Below, piece by piece: positions 38,042 through 52,153 of a stretch of DNA of 64,000 nt. The position numbers and the translations under genes are program-made. The notes under the pieces are model-generated. The model saw only the letters and a program-made list of their open reading frames with translations. It had not been told where the DNA came from and made no database searches. Origin of the DNA: Treponemataceae bacterium (GTDB taxonomy: Bacteria; Spirochaetota; Spirochaetia; Treponematales; Rectinemataceae); contig CAXXGJ010000006.1 of the NCBI GenBank assembly GCA_963677895.2, positions 160,001-224,000 of the forward strand. Reading direction: 5' to 3'. The first letter of the stretch is position 1; each line of letters starts with the position of its first letter.

Positions 38042-39553
38042 TTACTTGGACTCGCTTTCCCTGGCTTCCCTCAGGAGTTTTTGGATGGAAGCGTCGAAAG
38101 AAGGGTCGAATTTCACCATCTGCTCGATCTTCTGGCAGGAATGCATCACCGTCGTATGGTCCCTGCCGCCGAACTCCACCCCGATCTCCGTCGTGGAGTA
38201 CTCCGTCACTTCCCTGATGACGAACATGGCCACCTGGCGTGCGAGGGCGATATTCTTGCTGCGTTTCTTGCCTTTCAGGTCGGAAAGCGAAAGTTTGAAG
38301 AAATCCGCCACCATTCTAATGATGGAATCGACGGTTATGGCGGAATGCCGGTTGGTGTTGAACATTTCCTTGAGGAGATTCCTGGCGATGTCGACGGTGA
38401 GGTCCTTGTGGACGAGGTCGGCATATGCCGTCAGCTTCACCAGGCAGCCTTCGAGATCGCGCACGTTCGAAGAGACGTTGTTGGCGATGAGATCTATGAC
38501 CTCGTCGGCCACGTTGACGCTTTTTCCCGACTGGATGAGTTTCTGTTTGAGTATGGCCACCCGCGTTTCGTACATGGGCGGCTGCACGTCGACGATAAGC
38601 CCCTTGTCGAAGCGGCTTTTCAGCCGGTCCGAAAAGTCCTTCAGTTCCTTTACGTGACGGTCCAGCGTGAAGACCATCTGCCGCTCGGAATCGTAGAGGG
38701 CGTTGAAGGTATGGAAGAGTTCCTCCTGGACGCCGGGCTTGTTCTGGAAAAAATGTATGTCGTCGATGAGGAGGACGTCGGCGTTGCGGTATTTATTCTT
38801 GAACTCGTGGGTGGAGCGGTCGTGAATCATCTGGATGAATTCGTTGGTGAATTCCTCTGCGGTTATGCAGATCACCCTCTTTTCAGGGACGTTCTTGAAA
38901 ACGTAATTGCCGATGGCATGCATGAGGTGGGTCTTGCCCAAGCCGACGCCGCCGTAGATGAGGAGGGGATTGTAGACCCTGGCGGGGCTCTTGGCCACGG
39001 CTTCCGAGGCGTTGAAGGTAAAGCGGTTGTTGTCGCCGACGATGAAATTCTCGAACTTGTAATCCTGGCGCAGGGAAGGGTGGATTCTGGGCGTATTGTC
39101 GACAGCGATGCCCTGGTCCCTTTGCTGTTTTCTGCCGGAGACGTCGTAATAAAGGGAAGTCTTGGGCATCGCGGACCGCTCCGGCTCCGAAAGCGCCGGT
39201 TTTTCGGCGGGGGAAGAGAGGATTTCCGCGGGCGCGGACTCGGCAGCGGTCGAGGATACAGCCGTGGCCGCGGCTTCGACCGAGCGCGCCCTCGAGTCCA
39301 TAGCCCTTTCGGCGCTTACCTCGAGCCTCAGGTCCAGGGCGGTGAGCTCCCTGATGATATTCTGCATGAACGAATGGTATTTTCTATTGAACTGGTCGCG
39401 GAGGAAGGAGTTGGGGGCGTTGACGGCCAGGGTTCCTTCGGCGAGCGCTTTATAGGAGAGCCGGAACCACATAAGGTACTCTTGTTCCGGTATGTCTTTG
39501 CGCGCGATTTCCAGCGCCTCGCTCCATATAGCGGAGCCATCGAAGTCTGCCAT
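38042..39553 (-). CDS. dnaA: Chromosomal replication initiator DnaA
   Basis: YNPLLIYGGVGLGKTHL, LLIDDI, RLKSRF, GGRDHTTVMHS. Confidence 0.98.
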   Translation of the reverse strand: MADFDGSAIWSEALEIARKDIPEQEYLMWFRLSYKALAEGTLAVNAPNSFLRDQFNRKYHSFMQNIIRELTALDLRLEVSAERAMDSRARSVEAAATAVSSTAAESAPAEILSSPAEKPALSEPERSAMPKTSLYYDVSGRKQQRDQGIAVDNTPRIHPSLRQDYKFENFIVGDNNRFTFNASEAVAKSPARVYNPLLIYGGVGLGKTHLMHAIGNYVFKNVPEKRVICITAEEFTNEFIQMIHDRSTHEFKNKYRNADVLLIDDIHFFQNKPGVQEELFHTFNALYDSERQMVFTLDRHVKELKDFSDRLKSRFDKGLIVDVQPPMYETRVAILKQKLIQSGKSVNVADEVIDLIANNVSSNVRDLEGCLVKLTAYADLVHKDLTVDIARNLLKEMFNTNRHSAITVDSIIRMVADFFKLSLSDLKGKKRSKNIALARQVAMFVIREVTEYSTTEIGVEFGGRDHTTVMHSCQKIEQMVKFDPSFDASIQKLLREARESESK

Positions 39554-39586
39554 TCTTTCCTCTGTGATTATTTTTTATTAAACAGG

Positions 39587-39858
39587 GTATCCACAAGTTT
39601 TCCACAAGTAGCGTATATATCTTTATAATCAGCTTGGAGATTTCCGCAATAGGGAAAGTCATCAAAAGCATGAAAAAAACGCTTTTATTGTATAGTAAAC
39701 AGAGTATTAAATTAGCATAAAATATTTCAATATAACAAGATAATGGTCGTCGCGCATCGTTGTTGGCTGAAATTTCATAAAAGAGCGAAATTTTAAAAAA
39801 TGAGCGTTTTTCTCCGATACGCACATCTTCTGAACGAGTTATCCACAGTTTGTGCACA
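39587..39858. other. oriC sub-region upstream of dnaA: DnaA boxes flanking an AT-rich spacer
   Basis: GTATCCACA 39587-39595, TTTTCCACA 39598-39606, TTATCCACA 39839-39847, TTGTGCACA 39850-39858. Confidence 0.8.
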
Positions 39859-40000
39859 ATCTCGCGCCGGCGATCTTTGGGCGGGGGAAAAGAGGCCGCG
39901 ATCGCTTTACTATTATTGTTTCAATCGATATAATGACCCTGTTCAGGGGCGAATGGTTTTTCCTTGGGTTAAAGGCAAAACCCTCTGTATACAACAATAA

Positions 40001-41932
<1,932 letters not shown>

Positions 41933-41944
41933 GAAAGCGATAAA

Positions 41945-44524
41945 ATGGCAGAAACTGGAAGATTGATATCCGTCCCGATCGAAGACGAAATGAAGACCGA
42001 CTATCTCACCTACGCGATGTCGGTCATCGTGGCCAGGGCTCTCCCCGATGTCCGCGACGGACTCAAACCCGTCCACAGACGCATTCTCTACGCGATGGAA
42101 GAGCTGGGGCTGCGCTATAACGCGGCGACGAAAAAATGCGCCCGCATCACCGGCGACGCCATGGGAAAATACCATCCGCACGGCGACTTTTCCCTCTATG
42201 ACGCCCTTGTCCGCATGGCCCAGGATTTTTCCCTGCGTTATCCCCTGGTCTACGGCCAGGGCAACTTCGGCTCCATCGACGGCGATCCGCCCGCGGCCAG
42301 CCGCTATACCGAGGCCAAGCTCTCCCGCCTGGGCGAGGAGATGCTGGCCGACCTGGACAAGGACACCGTCGTCTTCGGCCCCAACTACGATGAGTCGCTG
42401 ACGGAACCGCTGGTCCTGCCCTCGGCCTTTCCCAACCTTCTCGTCAACGGATCCTCCGGCATCGCCGTCGGCATGGCCACCAACATGGCGCCCCACAACC
42501 TTCTGGAGGTGGGCGAAGCCATCGCCGCCTATATAGAAAACCCCGACATTGACCTCGAAGGCCTGATGAGGCATATCAAAGGCCCCGACTTCCCCACGGG
42601 CGGCATCATCTTCGGCAGGGAAGGCATCAGGGACGCCTACACGACGGGACGCGGAAAGATCATCGTCCGCGGCAAGTTCATCATCGAAACCATGAAAAAC
42701 GGCAGGGAGCAGATCGTCTTCACCGAAATTCCCTATGCCGTCAACAAGACTACCCTCATCACGCGCATCGCCGATCTCGTGAGGGACAAGATCCTCGACG
42801 GGGTCTCCGACCTCAGGGACGAGAGCGACAGGGATGGCCTGCGCATGGTGCTCGAACTCAAGAAAGGCGCCATCCCCAAGCTCGTCCTCAACAGGCTTTT
42901 TACCCATACGGCACTGCAGTCCACCTTCGGCGTCATCAATCTCGCTCTCGTGGATGGAAGGCCTAAGTGCTTATCCTTAAAGGAATTAATAGCGCTATTC
43001 GTCAAGCATCGCGTGGACGTGGTCACCCGCAGGTCGCGCTTCGAGCTGAGAAAGGCCGAAGAAAGAGCCCATCTCCTGCGCGGCATGGTCATCGCCCTGC
43101 GGAACATCGACGAGGTCGTGGCCATCATCAAGGCCAGCAAGAACGTGGAAGTGGCCAGGCTGGCGCTCCAACAGCGTTTCGAGCTCAGCGAGGTCCAGGC
43201 CCAGGCCATCGTCGACATGAGGCTTGGAAGACTCACGAGCCTCGAGACGGAAAAGATTCTCGCCGAATTGGCCGAAATCGAGGCGAAAATCGCCTATCTC
43301 CAGGAGCTTCTCGCCAGCGATGTCCTGATACTGAATGTCGTCAAACAGGAAACCATCGATATCGCGAAGAAATACGGCGACAAACGCCGTACCGAGATCG
43401 TCGCCTCCAATGTGGAAGCCATCAATATCGAAGACCTCATCAAACCCGAGGAAATGGCCATCCTGATTTCCAACAAAGGTTTTATAAAGAGGGTTTCCGT
43501 ACACCTTTACAGGTCCCAGGGCAGAGGCGGGAAAGGCTCCAATTCCACGACGCTGCTGGAAGAGGATTTTATAGAACAACTCTTTGTGGCCAATACACAT
43601 AGTTATCTTCTCTTCGTCACCAGCGCCGGAAAGGCTTATTGGCTGAAGGTGCACGAAATTCCCGAATCGAGCAGGCAGGCGCGCGGCGCTCACGTGAAGA
43701 GCCTGCTGGCTATCTCCCCCAACGAGGAGATAACGACCATCATCGACTTCAAGGAATTCTCGGACGATCAGTTCATCCTCATGGGTACGCTCAGGGGCGT
43801 GGTCAAAAAGGTAGCCCTGAAGGACTTCATAAACGCCAAAACGCGCGGAATCATCGCCATTTACCTCGACGACGGCGACAAGCTCGTGTCGGCCTGCCTC
43901 ACGAAGGGTTCGGACGAAGCCGTCCTCATCACGAGAAACGGCCAGGCCCTGAGAATCCACGAAGAGCAGGTGAGGGTGATGGGACGCGCTTCCCGAGGCG
44001 TTCGCGGCATCATGCTCGCCGACAGCGACGAGCTGACTGCCATGCTTCGCGTCAACGACGAAGAGCTTATGCTTCTTTCCACCACCAACGGCTACGGGAA
44101 GCGCGTGGCTTACGACAACTTCTCCAGCCATGGGCGCGGAACGAGAGGCCAGATGATCTACGTGCCGGACGATGTTTCGGGCGAAGTGGTCGGCGCCGTC
44201 TCCATTTCCGAGCGAGACGAGGCCATGATCATCACTTCGATGGGTAAAACCATCAAAATCGAGGCGGAAACGGTCCGAATCCTGGGCAAGGGAGCGCGAG
44301 GCGTGCGAATCGTCAACATCAACGCCCCGGATTACGTCATCGGGCTCGATAAGGTCGTGATGGATGAAAGCGAAAAAATCGCTCTTGCCGATACGCTGAC
44401 GGATGCCCTGGCAGATACGCCGACTGGCGGCGTGGGCGATATCGGGATCGAAGTCCTCAACGACGATGAAGAATCCGAGGGTTCTGTCCGGCCAACCGAA
44501 GAATCGGAGAATGATGAAAACTGA
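41945..44524 (+). CDS. gyrA: DNA gyrase subunit A
   Basis: [29 protein letters not shown] and GyrA-box QGRGGKG. Confidence 0.97.
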   Translation: MAETGRLISVPIEDEMKTDYLTYAMSVIVARALPDVRDGLKPVHRRILYAMEELGLRYNAATKKCARITGDAMGKYHPHGDFSLYDALVRMAQDFSLRYPLVYGQGNFGSIDGDPPAASRYTEAKLSRLGEEMLADLDKDTVVFGPNYDESLTEPLVLPSAFPNLLVNGSSGIAVGMATNMAPHNLLEVGEAIAAYIENPDIDLEGLMRHIKGPDFPTGGIIFGREGIRDAYTTGRGKIIVRGKFIIETMKNGREQIVFTEIPYAVNKTTLITRIADLVRDKILDGVSDLRDESDRDGLRMVLELKKGAIPKLVLNRLFTHTALQSTFGVINLALVDGRPKCLSLKELIALFVKHRVDVVTRRSRFELRKAEERAHLLRGMVIALRNIDEVVAIIKASKNVEVARLALQQRFELSEVQAQAIVDMRLGRLTSLETEKILAELAEIEAKIAYLQELLASDVLILNVVKQETIDIAKKYGDKRRTEIVASNVEAINIEDLIKPEEMAILISNKGFIKRVSVHLYRSQGRGGKGSNSTTLLEEDFIEQLFVANTHSYLLFVTSAGKAYWLKVHEIPESSRQARGAHVKSLLAISPNEEITTIIDFKEFSDDQFILMGTLRGVVKKVALKDFINAKTRGIIAIYLDDGDKLVSACLTKGSDEAVLITRNGQALRIHEEQVRVMGRASRGVRGIMLADSDELTAMLRVNDEELMLLSTTNGYGKRVAYDNFSSHGRGTRGQMIYVPDDVSGEVVGAVSISERDEAMIITSMGKTIKIEAETVRILGKGARGVRIVNINAPDYVIGLDKVVMDESEKIALADTLTDALADTPTGGVGDIGIEVLNDDEESEGSVRPTEESENDEN

Positions 44525-44551
44525 TCTTGATATGATCGCGGCATAAAGCAG

Positions 44552-44578
44552 GCTCCCGGGAAACCGGGAGCTTTTTTT
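44552..44578 (+). terminator. Rho-independent terminator of gyrBA
   Basis: GCTCCCGG-GAAA-CCGGGAGC followed by a T-run. Confidence 0.88.
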
Positions 44579-44579
44579 A

Positions 44580-44595
44580 TGTTTCACGTGAAACA
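44580..44595. other. parS centromere site 1
   Basis: TGTTTCACGTGAAACA, exact consensus. Confidence 0.92.
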
Positions 44596-44659
44596 TTATA
44601 GCGATGGTCCGTTAGGATTTTTGTCGTAAGTCCATGAAGCATCTTGCCGCTAAGCCGAA

Positions 44660-44675
44660 TGTTTCACGTGAAACA
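44660..44675. other. parS centromere site 2
   Basis: TGTTTCACGTGAAACA within a 26-bp perfect palindrome (44655-44680). Confidence 0.92.
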
Positions 44676-44734
44676 TTCGGAGGTGAAGCCGTCTGCCGCC
44701 GACAGTTTCGATAAAGCCGATCAGACGGCTGGAC

Positions 44735-45835
44735 TCAGAATTTTCTGGAGAGCGAGTATTCTATGAATTCCTTGAGGATCCCAAGCTTTTCGGCGTCGAG
44801 GCCGGCGGTATGGCGGGAAAGCTCGTCAAGGCACTGTTGGGCCTTTTGCGCATAGGCGGCGGAGAGCGCCCTTACCTGGGCATCGATCCCATGGGCTCTC
44901 ACAAGGCCGCGCACATGATCGACATCCTGCCTGGTGATATCCTGGTTGCCGAAGATCGCGTAGAACCCTGGCTTTTCCGAGTCTTCGAGAACTTGGGTGA
45001 GCAGGATCATGAAGGGGGTTTTCTTGCCTTCCCGTATATCCGATCCCACAGGCTTGCCAAGGTCTTCCTCGTCGCCGAACAGACCCAGATAATCGTCCTG
45101 AAGCTGAAAAAGAACGCCCAGATTCAGGCCGAGCGCCTCCAGCGCGGGGATCGCGTCGGCTCTTTCGGCGACGAGGGCTCCGGCGCAGAGGGGAAGGCAT
45201 ATCGTATAGCGGGCCGTCTTGTAGGTGTAAACCTCGATAGTTTGCTCGAGGGCGGGGATTTCCTGGCGGGAGCCGAGGCGCACGTCCTTTATCTGCGCTA
45301 GGCAGACGTCGACAAGTTCGCGCGAAAAGAGCTTTCCAATTTCATGACCAAAACTTGTAATTAGTTGCCAGGCAATGAAATAATAGATATCTCCAGCGCA
45401 TATTCCGATAGCTTCGCCAAGCTCGGCGGCGCTATGGTCGAGGTTGGCTGGGTCGGCGCCGCCGACATGCGCCGCTTCAATCCTTTCGAAAGTCTTGTGC
45501 ATGGTGGGTTGGCCGCGCCGCATCTCATCCTTGTCCATTATATCGTCGTGGACGAGGAGGCCGGCCTGGAAGAATTCAAGAGCAGCGGCGAGCCTCAGGG
45601 CTTTCTCGCGGCGCAGGGTGCTCTCCGTCTCGCCGGCCGAAAAGAGTTCGGAGCTCAGGCAGGCCAGAATGCCCCTCAGCATTTTCCCCGAGAGGATATA
45701 GTCTTTCATGACGGAGAATATCCGTCCCGAATCGCCGGAAAAGCCCGCGCAAGCGGTGCCGCTCGCGAATAGCTGCGCTTCTATGGCTTCGGCGATGTCC
45801 CTTCGCGCCGCGGATGAATACTCGGAGAGTGTCAT
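44735..45835 (-). CDS. Polyprenyl (GGPP-type) diphosphate synthase
   Basis: GKMLRG, LVHDDIMD...RRG, KTARYT, FQLQDD, DIREGKKT; start MTLSEY. Confidence 0.9.
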   Translation of the reverse strand: MTLSEYSSAARRDIAEAIEAQLFASGTACAGFSGDSGRIFSVMKDYILSGKMLRGILACLSSELFSAGETESTLRREKALRLAAALEFFQAGLLVHDDIMDKDEMRRGQPTMHKTFERIEAAHVGGADPANLDHSAAELGEAIGICAGDIYYFIAWQLITSFGHEIGKLFSRELVDVCLAQIKDVRLGSRQEIPALEQTIEVYTYKTARYTICLPLCAGALVAERADAIPALEALGLNLGVLFQLQDDYLGLFGDEEDLGKPVGSDIREGKKTPFMILLTQVLEDSEKPGFYAIFGNQDITRQDVDHVRGLVRAHGIDAQVRALSAAYAQKAQQCLDELSRHTAGLDAEKLGILKEFIEYSLSRKF

Positions 45836-45958
45836 TGTGCCCCTTTCGTCGTATGTTCTCTCTTTTATAACACGAGTTTCTGGGAGGGGACAGGGTTGGC
45901 CGACTTTTTCTCCCGCGGAAAAACCGGGGCGGGAGATGCGCGAGCCGATTAAAAGCAT

Positions 45959-45990
45959 AAAAAAGACCTTCAGGCGGGCCTGAAGGTCTT
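45959..45990 (-). terminator. Terminator after the sigma factor gene
   Basis: AAGACCTTCAGG-CGGG-CCTGAAGGTCTT with a T-run on the minus strand. Confidence 0.82.
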
Positions 45991-46040
45991 CTGGACTTCG
46001 CTTTCAGCGCGGCGCCAGGATAGACGCCGATTTTCAGCTT

Positions 46041-46913
46041 TCAGGCCACGTAGGCTTCGAGCTTCTCCATCACTTCGGGAACGGAAATCTTCTTGAGCGC
46101 GGCTTTTTCGATCTGGCGGATCCTCTCCTTGGTGAGGTGCATCCTGTCGCCGATTTCCTTGAGGCTCATCGGACGTCTTCCGTTGATGCCGAAGCGATAT
46201 TCTATGACCTGGCGTTCCTTGATGCTCAGCGTTTCGAGCACCGTGTTCAGGTCATCCTTTAGATTCAACGCGTAAGCGTAGTTTTCAGGAGACTGGTAAA
46301 GCGTGTTCTCCACGAAGTCGCCCACGACGCTGGCGTTTCTCTCGTCGTAAACCGGGCTGTCGAGGGAGACGAGATCCCTGGATACGGCGATGATGTCGGC
46401 CACGTGCTCGGGGTCCATGTTGAGGTAGGCGGCGACTTCCCTGATCTCGGCGTCTTCCGAAATGCCCTCGAAGCCTTTGCGCGCTTTTTCGATCTGCACG
46501 AGTTCGTTGGCGCGGTTGAGGGGGAGGCGGATCATCCTGCTCTTCTCGCAGATGGCTTTGAGAATAGCCTGGCGGATCCACCAGACGGCGTAGGAGATGA
46601 AGTGGAAACCCTTCGAGACATCGTAGCGTTCAATCGCGTTCATCAGGCCAATATTTCCTTCGGAGATGAGATCCGAGAGGGGCATGCCCTGATTCTGGTA
46701 CTTTTTGGCGACATTGACGACGAATCGAAGATTGGATTTAACCAGCATGTCCTTGGCGAACTTGTCGCCGGCCGCTGCCTTCAGCGCATATTCATTTTCC
46801 TTCTCTCTCGAGAGGAGGGGGATCTTATTGATTTCTTTGAGATAGATAGAGAGGACGTTTTCGTCGGAATCGCTGGAACTGAACATCATGTTGGAACCAC
46901 TTCTTTTGCTCAT
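46041..46913 (-). CDS. Group 2-like (RpoS/RpoD-family, no region 1.1) sigma factor
   Basis: YLKEI..IPLL, NLRFVV.VAKKY, DLISEGNIGL, FISYAVWWIRQAI, LTKERIRQIE; only 290 aa. Confidence 0.9.
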   Translation of the reverse strand: MSKRSGSNMMFSSSDSDENVLSIYLKEINKIPLLSREKENEYALKAAAGDKFAKDMLVKSNLRFVVNVAKKYQNQGMPLSDLISEGNIGLMNAIERYDVSKGFHFISYAVWWIRQAILKAICEKSRMIRLPLNRANELVQIEKARKGFEGISEDAEIREVAAYLNMDPEHVADIIAVSRDLVSLDSPVYDERNASVVGDFVENTLYQSPENYAYALNLKDDLNTVLETLSIKERQVIEYRFGINGRRPMSLKEIGDRMHLTKERIRQIEKAALKKISVPEVMEKLEAYVA

Positions 46914-46941
46914 TGTCTTCTCTCCTTGATACTAAGTATAT

Positions 46942-46957
46942 TGCAACATTCGTGCCA
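46942..46957 (-). promoter_or_regulatory. Sigma-54 (-24/-12) promoter
   Basis: TGGCAC-GAATG-TTGCA (GG-N10-GC), 28 nt upstream of the sigma factor ATG. Confidence 0.85.
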
Positions 46958-47194
46958 AAAACCTACGTCAAAGAGCGAAACTTGATACAAATTAATATCT
47001 TATTACTGTGTATATATTTATGTATATGGTGTCGACGGAGCGGCCAGGGCCGTATAAAAGAATTCCGGAGCACTACGCGTCGGATTTACGTCAGATCGTG
47101 TCAAAATGACATGCTGCTCTTTGCGGAGGCTAAAACTGTGTGGTTTTGAAACGGTTCTACAATAAAAGCCAGGGATCCGTATCGCTTTTCGGCT

Positions 47195-47896
47195 TTAGAG
47201 TTCACCGAGGCCGTGGACGCGGCCGCAGCAGCGGCCAAAAGGAAGACCCGAACCGCAGATGCAGCGCTGCGAGGGGTCGGCTCGCTGTATCTGGTCCCTG
47301 CCGAAGCTTGCCTTGATAGTCCTGTGTTGTCCTTCGCCGAGCCCGAAGCTGGGAAAGCTAGGTTTGAAATGACGAAAGAAAACCAGTTTCTCGCAGCAGT
47401 CATGATCTTCGAGGAGAGAGCCAGCCTTAATATTCTTCCAGGCGTCGATGACAATCCGCAGAACCGTCTCGCGTTCCTGGAAGGAATCGAAGCGGCTTCG
47501 CGGCTTTTTTGACAGATAAGACGCCATCTGGATATTCGTGAAAGCGTAAAAATCGTCGAGTTCGGCGGTAGGCTGCTTTTGCATGCCGTACCCGTTGATG
47601 TTTCGGAGATAGACGCGGCGCGCGTAGCCTCTCCGCCTCAGCTTTTGGGCCGAGGAAAGGCTTTTTATCGCGAGTTCGCGTTTATCGAGCCTGAAAAGGG
47701 CTACCGAAAGCCAATAAAGCGCGCGGGACAGTTCCTCGGAACAGGAGGGCGGCGTGGCCTCGACCGCCAGGCGCAACGTCTCTATCGCTTTATCTGGTCT
47801 GTGGAGGGCCAGTTCCCTAAGGCCTTTGCGAAGCAACTGCGCCTCATTTTGTCTTTCTTGTTTATCCATATATATGCTGCTGATAAAAATATACAA
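47195..47896 (-). CDS. Hypothetical protein, TPR-like N-terminus and C-terminal SEC-C motif
   Basis: CICGSGLPFGRCCG at the C-terminus; helical repeats at the N-terminus. Confidence 0.65.
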   Translation of the reverse strand: MYIFISSIYMDKQERQNEAQLLRKGLRELALHRPDKAIETLRLAVEATPPSCSEELSRALYWLSVALFRLDKRELAIKSLSSAQKLRRRGYARRVYLRNINGYGMQKQPTAELDDFYAFTNIQMASYLSKKPRSRFDSFQERETVLRIVIDAWKNIKAGSLLEDHDCCEKLVFFRHFKPSFPSFGLGEGQHRTIKASFGRDQIQRADPSQRCICGSGLPFGRCCGRVHGLGEL

Positions 47897-47917
47897 AGGG
47901 ATTCGCGCGTCGGCAAG

Positions 47918-50146
<2,229 letters not shown>

Positions 50147-50156
50147 GTGAGGGAAA

Positions 50157-51401
50157 TCAGATTTTCTTGAAGATGACGACGGCGTTCTGTCCCCCGAAAC
50201 CCATGGAATTCTTGATGAAAGCCCTTACCGGCATGTGGATGCCGACGTTCGGCACATAATCGAGATCGCATTCGGGATCGGGATTGTCATAGTTGATGGT
50301 CGCGTGGACGAAATCCTCGTTCATTCCCAGGATGGAGGCGATGGACTCTATGGCGCCGGCGGCGCCGATGCAGTGGCCGGTCATGGATTTGAGGCTGGAG
50401 ATCTTGAGCTTGCGGGCGTGGTCGCCGAAGGCGGCCTTTATCGCCTTGGTCTCTATCGGGTCGTTGAGCGGGGTGGCGGTGCCGTGCGCGCTCACGTAAT
50501 CGATATCCTCGGGCCGCATATCGGCGTCGGCGAGGGCGAGGCGGATGGCGCGCGCCACTCCCTTGCCTTCCGGGTCGGGGGCGGTGACATGGTGGGCGTC
50601 GCAGGTCTGGCCGAAACCGACTACCTCGGCGTAGATCTTCGCGCCGCGCGCCTTGGCGTGCTCGTATTCCTCGAGGAGGAGGACGCCGGCGCCCTCGGCC
50701 ATGACGAAACCGTCCCTGTCGCGATCGAAGGGGCGGGAGGCTTTCTGCGGATCGTCGTTGCGCGTGGAGAGGGCCTGGATGTTGATGAAGGAGGCCATGC
50801 ACATGCGCACGATGCTCGCCTCGGAGCCGCCCGAGAAGATCATGTCGGCGTAATTGTCGCGGATGAGGCGCATGGCCTGGCCGATGGCGTCAGTGGCGGC
50901 CGCGCAGGCGGTGACGATGCACTGACAGGGGCCGGTGATATTGAGCGTGAGGGCTATCTGGGCCGGACCGAAGTTGGCGAGGCCCTTGGCGACCGTGAGG
51001 GGGGGGACGCGGCCCGGCCCTCGCTCGGTCAGTCGGACCGCCGCTTCCTCTATGCTCGCCGAGCCGCCTTGGCCGGTGCCTATACAGACGCCCGTTCGTT
51101 CGGCGTCGAGCGCTTCCTTCGAAAGGCCGGCGTCCTGGAGGGCCTCGAGGGCAGCATAGACGGCGAACTGGGCGAAACGATCCATTTTTTTCGCTTCTTT
51201 GGCGTCCAGGCGCAGGGAGGCGTCAAAATTCTTGACTTCGCCGGCGATCTTCACGGCGAGGTCCGAGGATTCGATCATCGTTATGGGGCCGATGCCGGAG
51301 CGTCCTGCCTTCACCGAAGCCCAGAACGATGGAACATCGTTGCCGATGGGGCTTACGACGCCCAGACCTGTCACTACGACTCTTCTTTGATTCATGGTCA
51401 C
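50157..51401 (-). CDS. fabF: Beta-ketoacyl-ACP synthase II
   Basis: RRVVVTGLG, TACAA, SAHGTAT, KSMTGH, NSMGFGG. Confidence 0.95.
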   Translation of the reverse strand: MTMNQRRVVVTGLGVVSPIGNDVPSFWASVKAGRSGIGPITMIESSDLAVKIAGEVKNFDASLRLDAKEAKKMDRFAQFAVYAALEALQDAGLSKEALDAERTGVCIGTGQGGSASIEEAAVRLTERGPGRVPPLTVAKGLANFGPAQIALTLNITGPCQCIVTACAAATDAIGQAMRLIRDNYADMIFSGGSEASIVRMCMASFINIQALSTRNDDPQKASRPFDRDRDGFVMAEGAGVLLLEEYEHAKARGAKIYAEVVGFGQTCDAHHVTAPDPEGKGVARAIRLALADADMRPEDIDYVSAHGTATPLNDPIETKAIKAAFGDHARKLKISSLKSMTGHCIGAAGAIESIASILGMNEDFVHATINYDNPDPECDLDYVPNVGIHMPVRAFIKNSMGFGGQNAVVIFKKI

Positions 51402-52135
51402 ATCCCCATTCCGCCGTCGACCTGGAGGACGACGCCGGTTACGTATGATGAAAGCGGTGAACAGAGGAAAAGGGCGGCGTTCGCCGCTTCTTCCGCGCTG
51501 CCGACTCTCCCCAGAGGAATGGATTCTTTCAGTTTCTGCTTGAAATCCTCGGGTATCTTATCAGTCATCGAGGTTTCTATAAAGCCCGGAGCGATAGCGT
51601 TGACCCGCAGGTTCCTCGAGGCGACTTCCCGGGCGAGGCTTTTCGTGAAGCCTATGATGCCCGCCTTGGACGCTGAATAATTGGTCTGGCCGCCGTTGCC
51701 CGTGATGCCGACGACGCTGGATACGTTGAGGATGCAGCCGTCGCGCTGTTTCAGCATGGTTCGGAGGACTGCCCTGCAGAGGAGGAAGGCGCTCTTCAGG
51801 TTGGTGTCGAGCACGGCGTCCCAGTCCTCGGTTTTCATGCGCATGAGAAGACCGTCGCGGGTTATGCCCGCGTTGTTCACGAGAATGTCGATCCTGCCTT
51901 CCTTGGCGAGGACGGTCGAGACGGCGGCTTCTATCGATGCCTCGTTCGAGACATCGCAGGAGAGCCAGTAATCCCCGAGGACAGCGGCTTCTCCTTCGTT
52001 GGCCTGAGCGGGCGCGCTTCGGGAGAAAACGTAGACTTTAGCCCCCTCGGTCCGGAACCTGGCGGCTATGGCGGCGCCGATGCCGCGCGAGGCGCCAGTG
52101 ACGACGCAGATTTTATCGGAAAGCAGTTTATCCAT
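51398..52135 (-). CDS. fabG: 3-oxoacyl-ACP reductase
   Basis: TGASRGIG, NNAGITRD, NYSASKAG. Confidence 0.95.
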   Translation of the reverse strand: MDKLLSDKICVVTGASRGIGAAIAARFRTEGAKVYVFSRSAPAQANEGEAAVLGDYWLSCDVSNEASIEAAVSTVLAKEGRIDILVNNAGITRDGLLMRMKTEDWDAVLDTNLKSAFLLCRAVLRTMLKQRDGCILNVSSVVGITGNGGQTNYSASKAGIIGFTKSLAREVASRNLRVNAIAPGFIETSMTDKIPEDFKQKLKESIPLGRVGSAEEAANAALFLCSPLSSYVTGVVLQVDGGMGM

Positions 52136-52153
52136 TGAAGCATCCTCCGGAGG

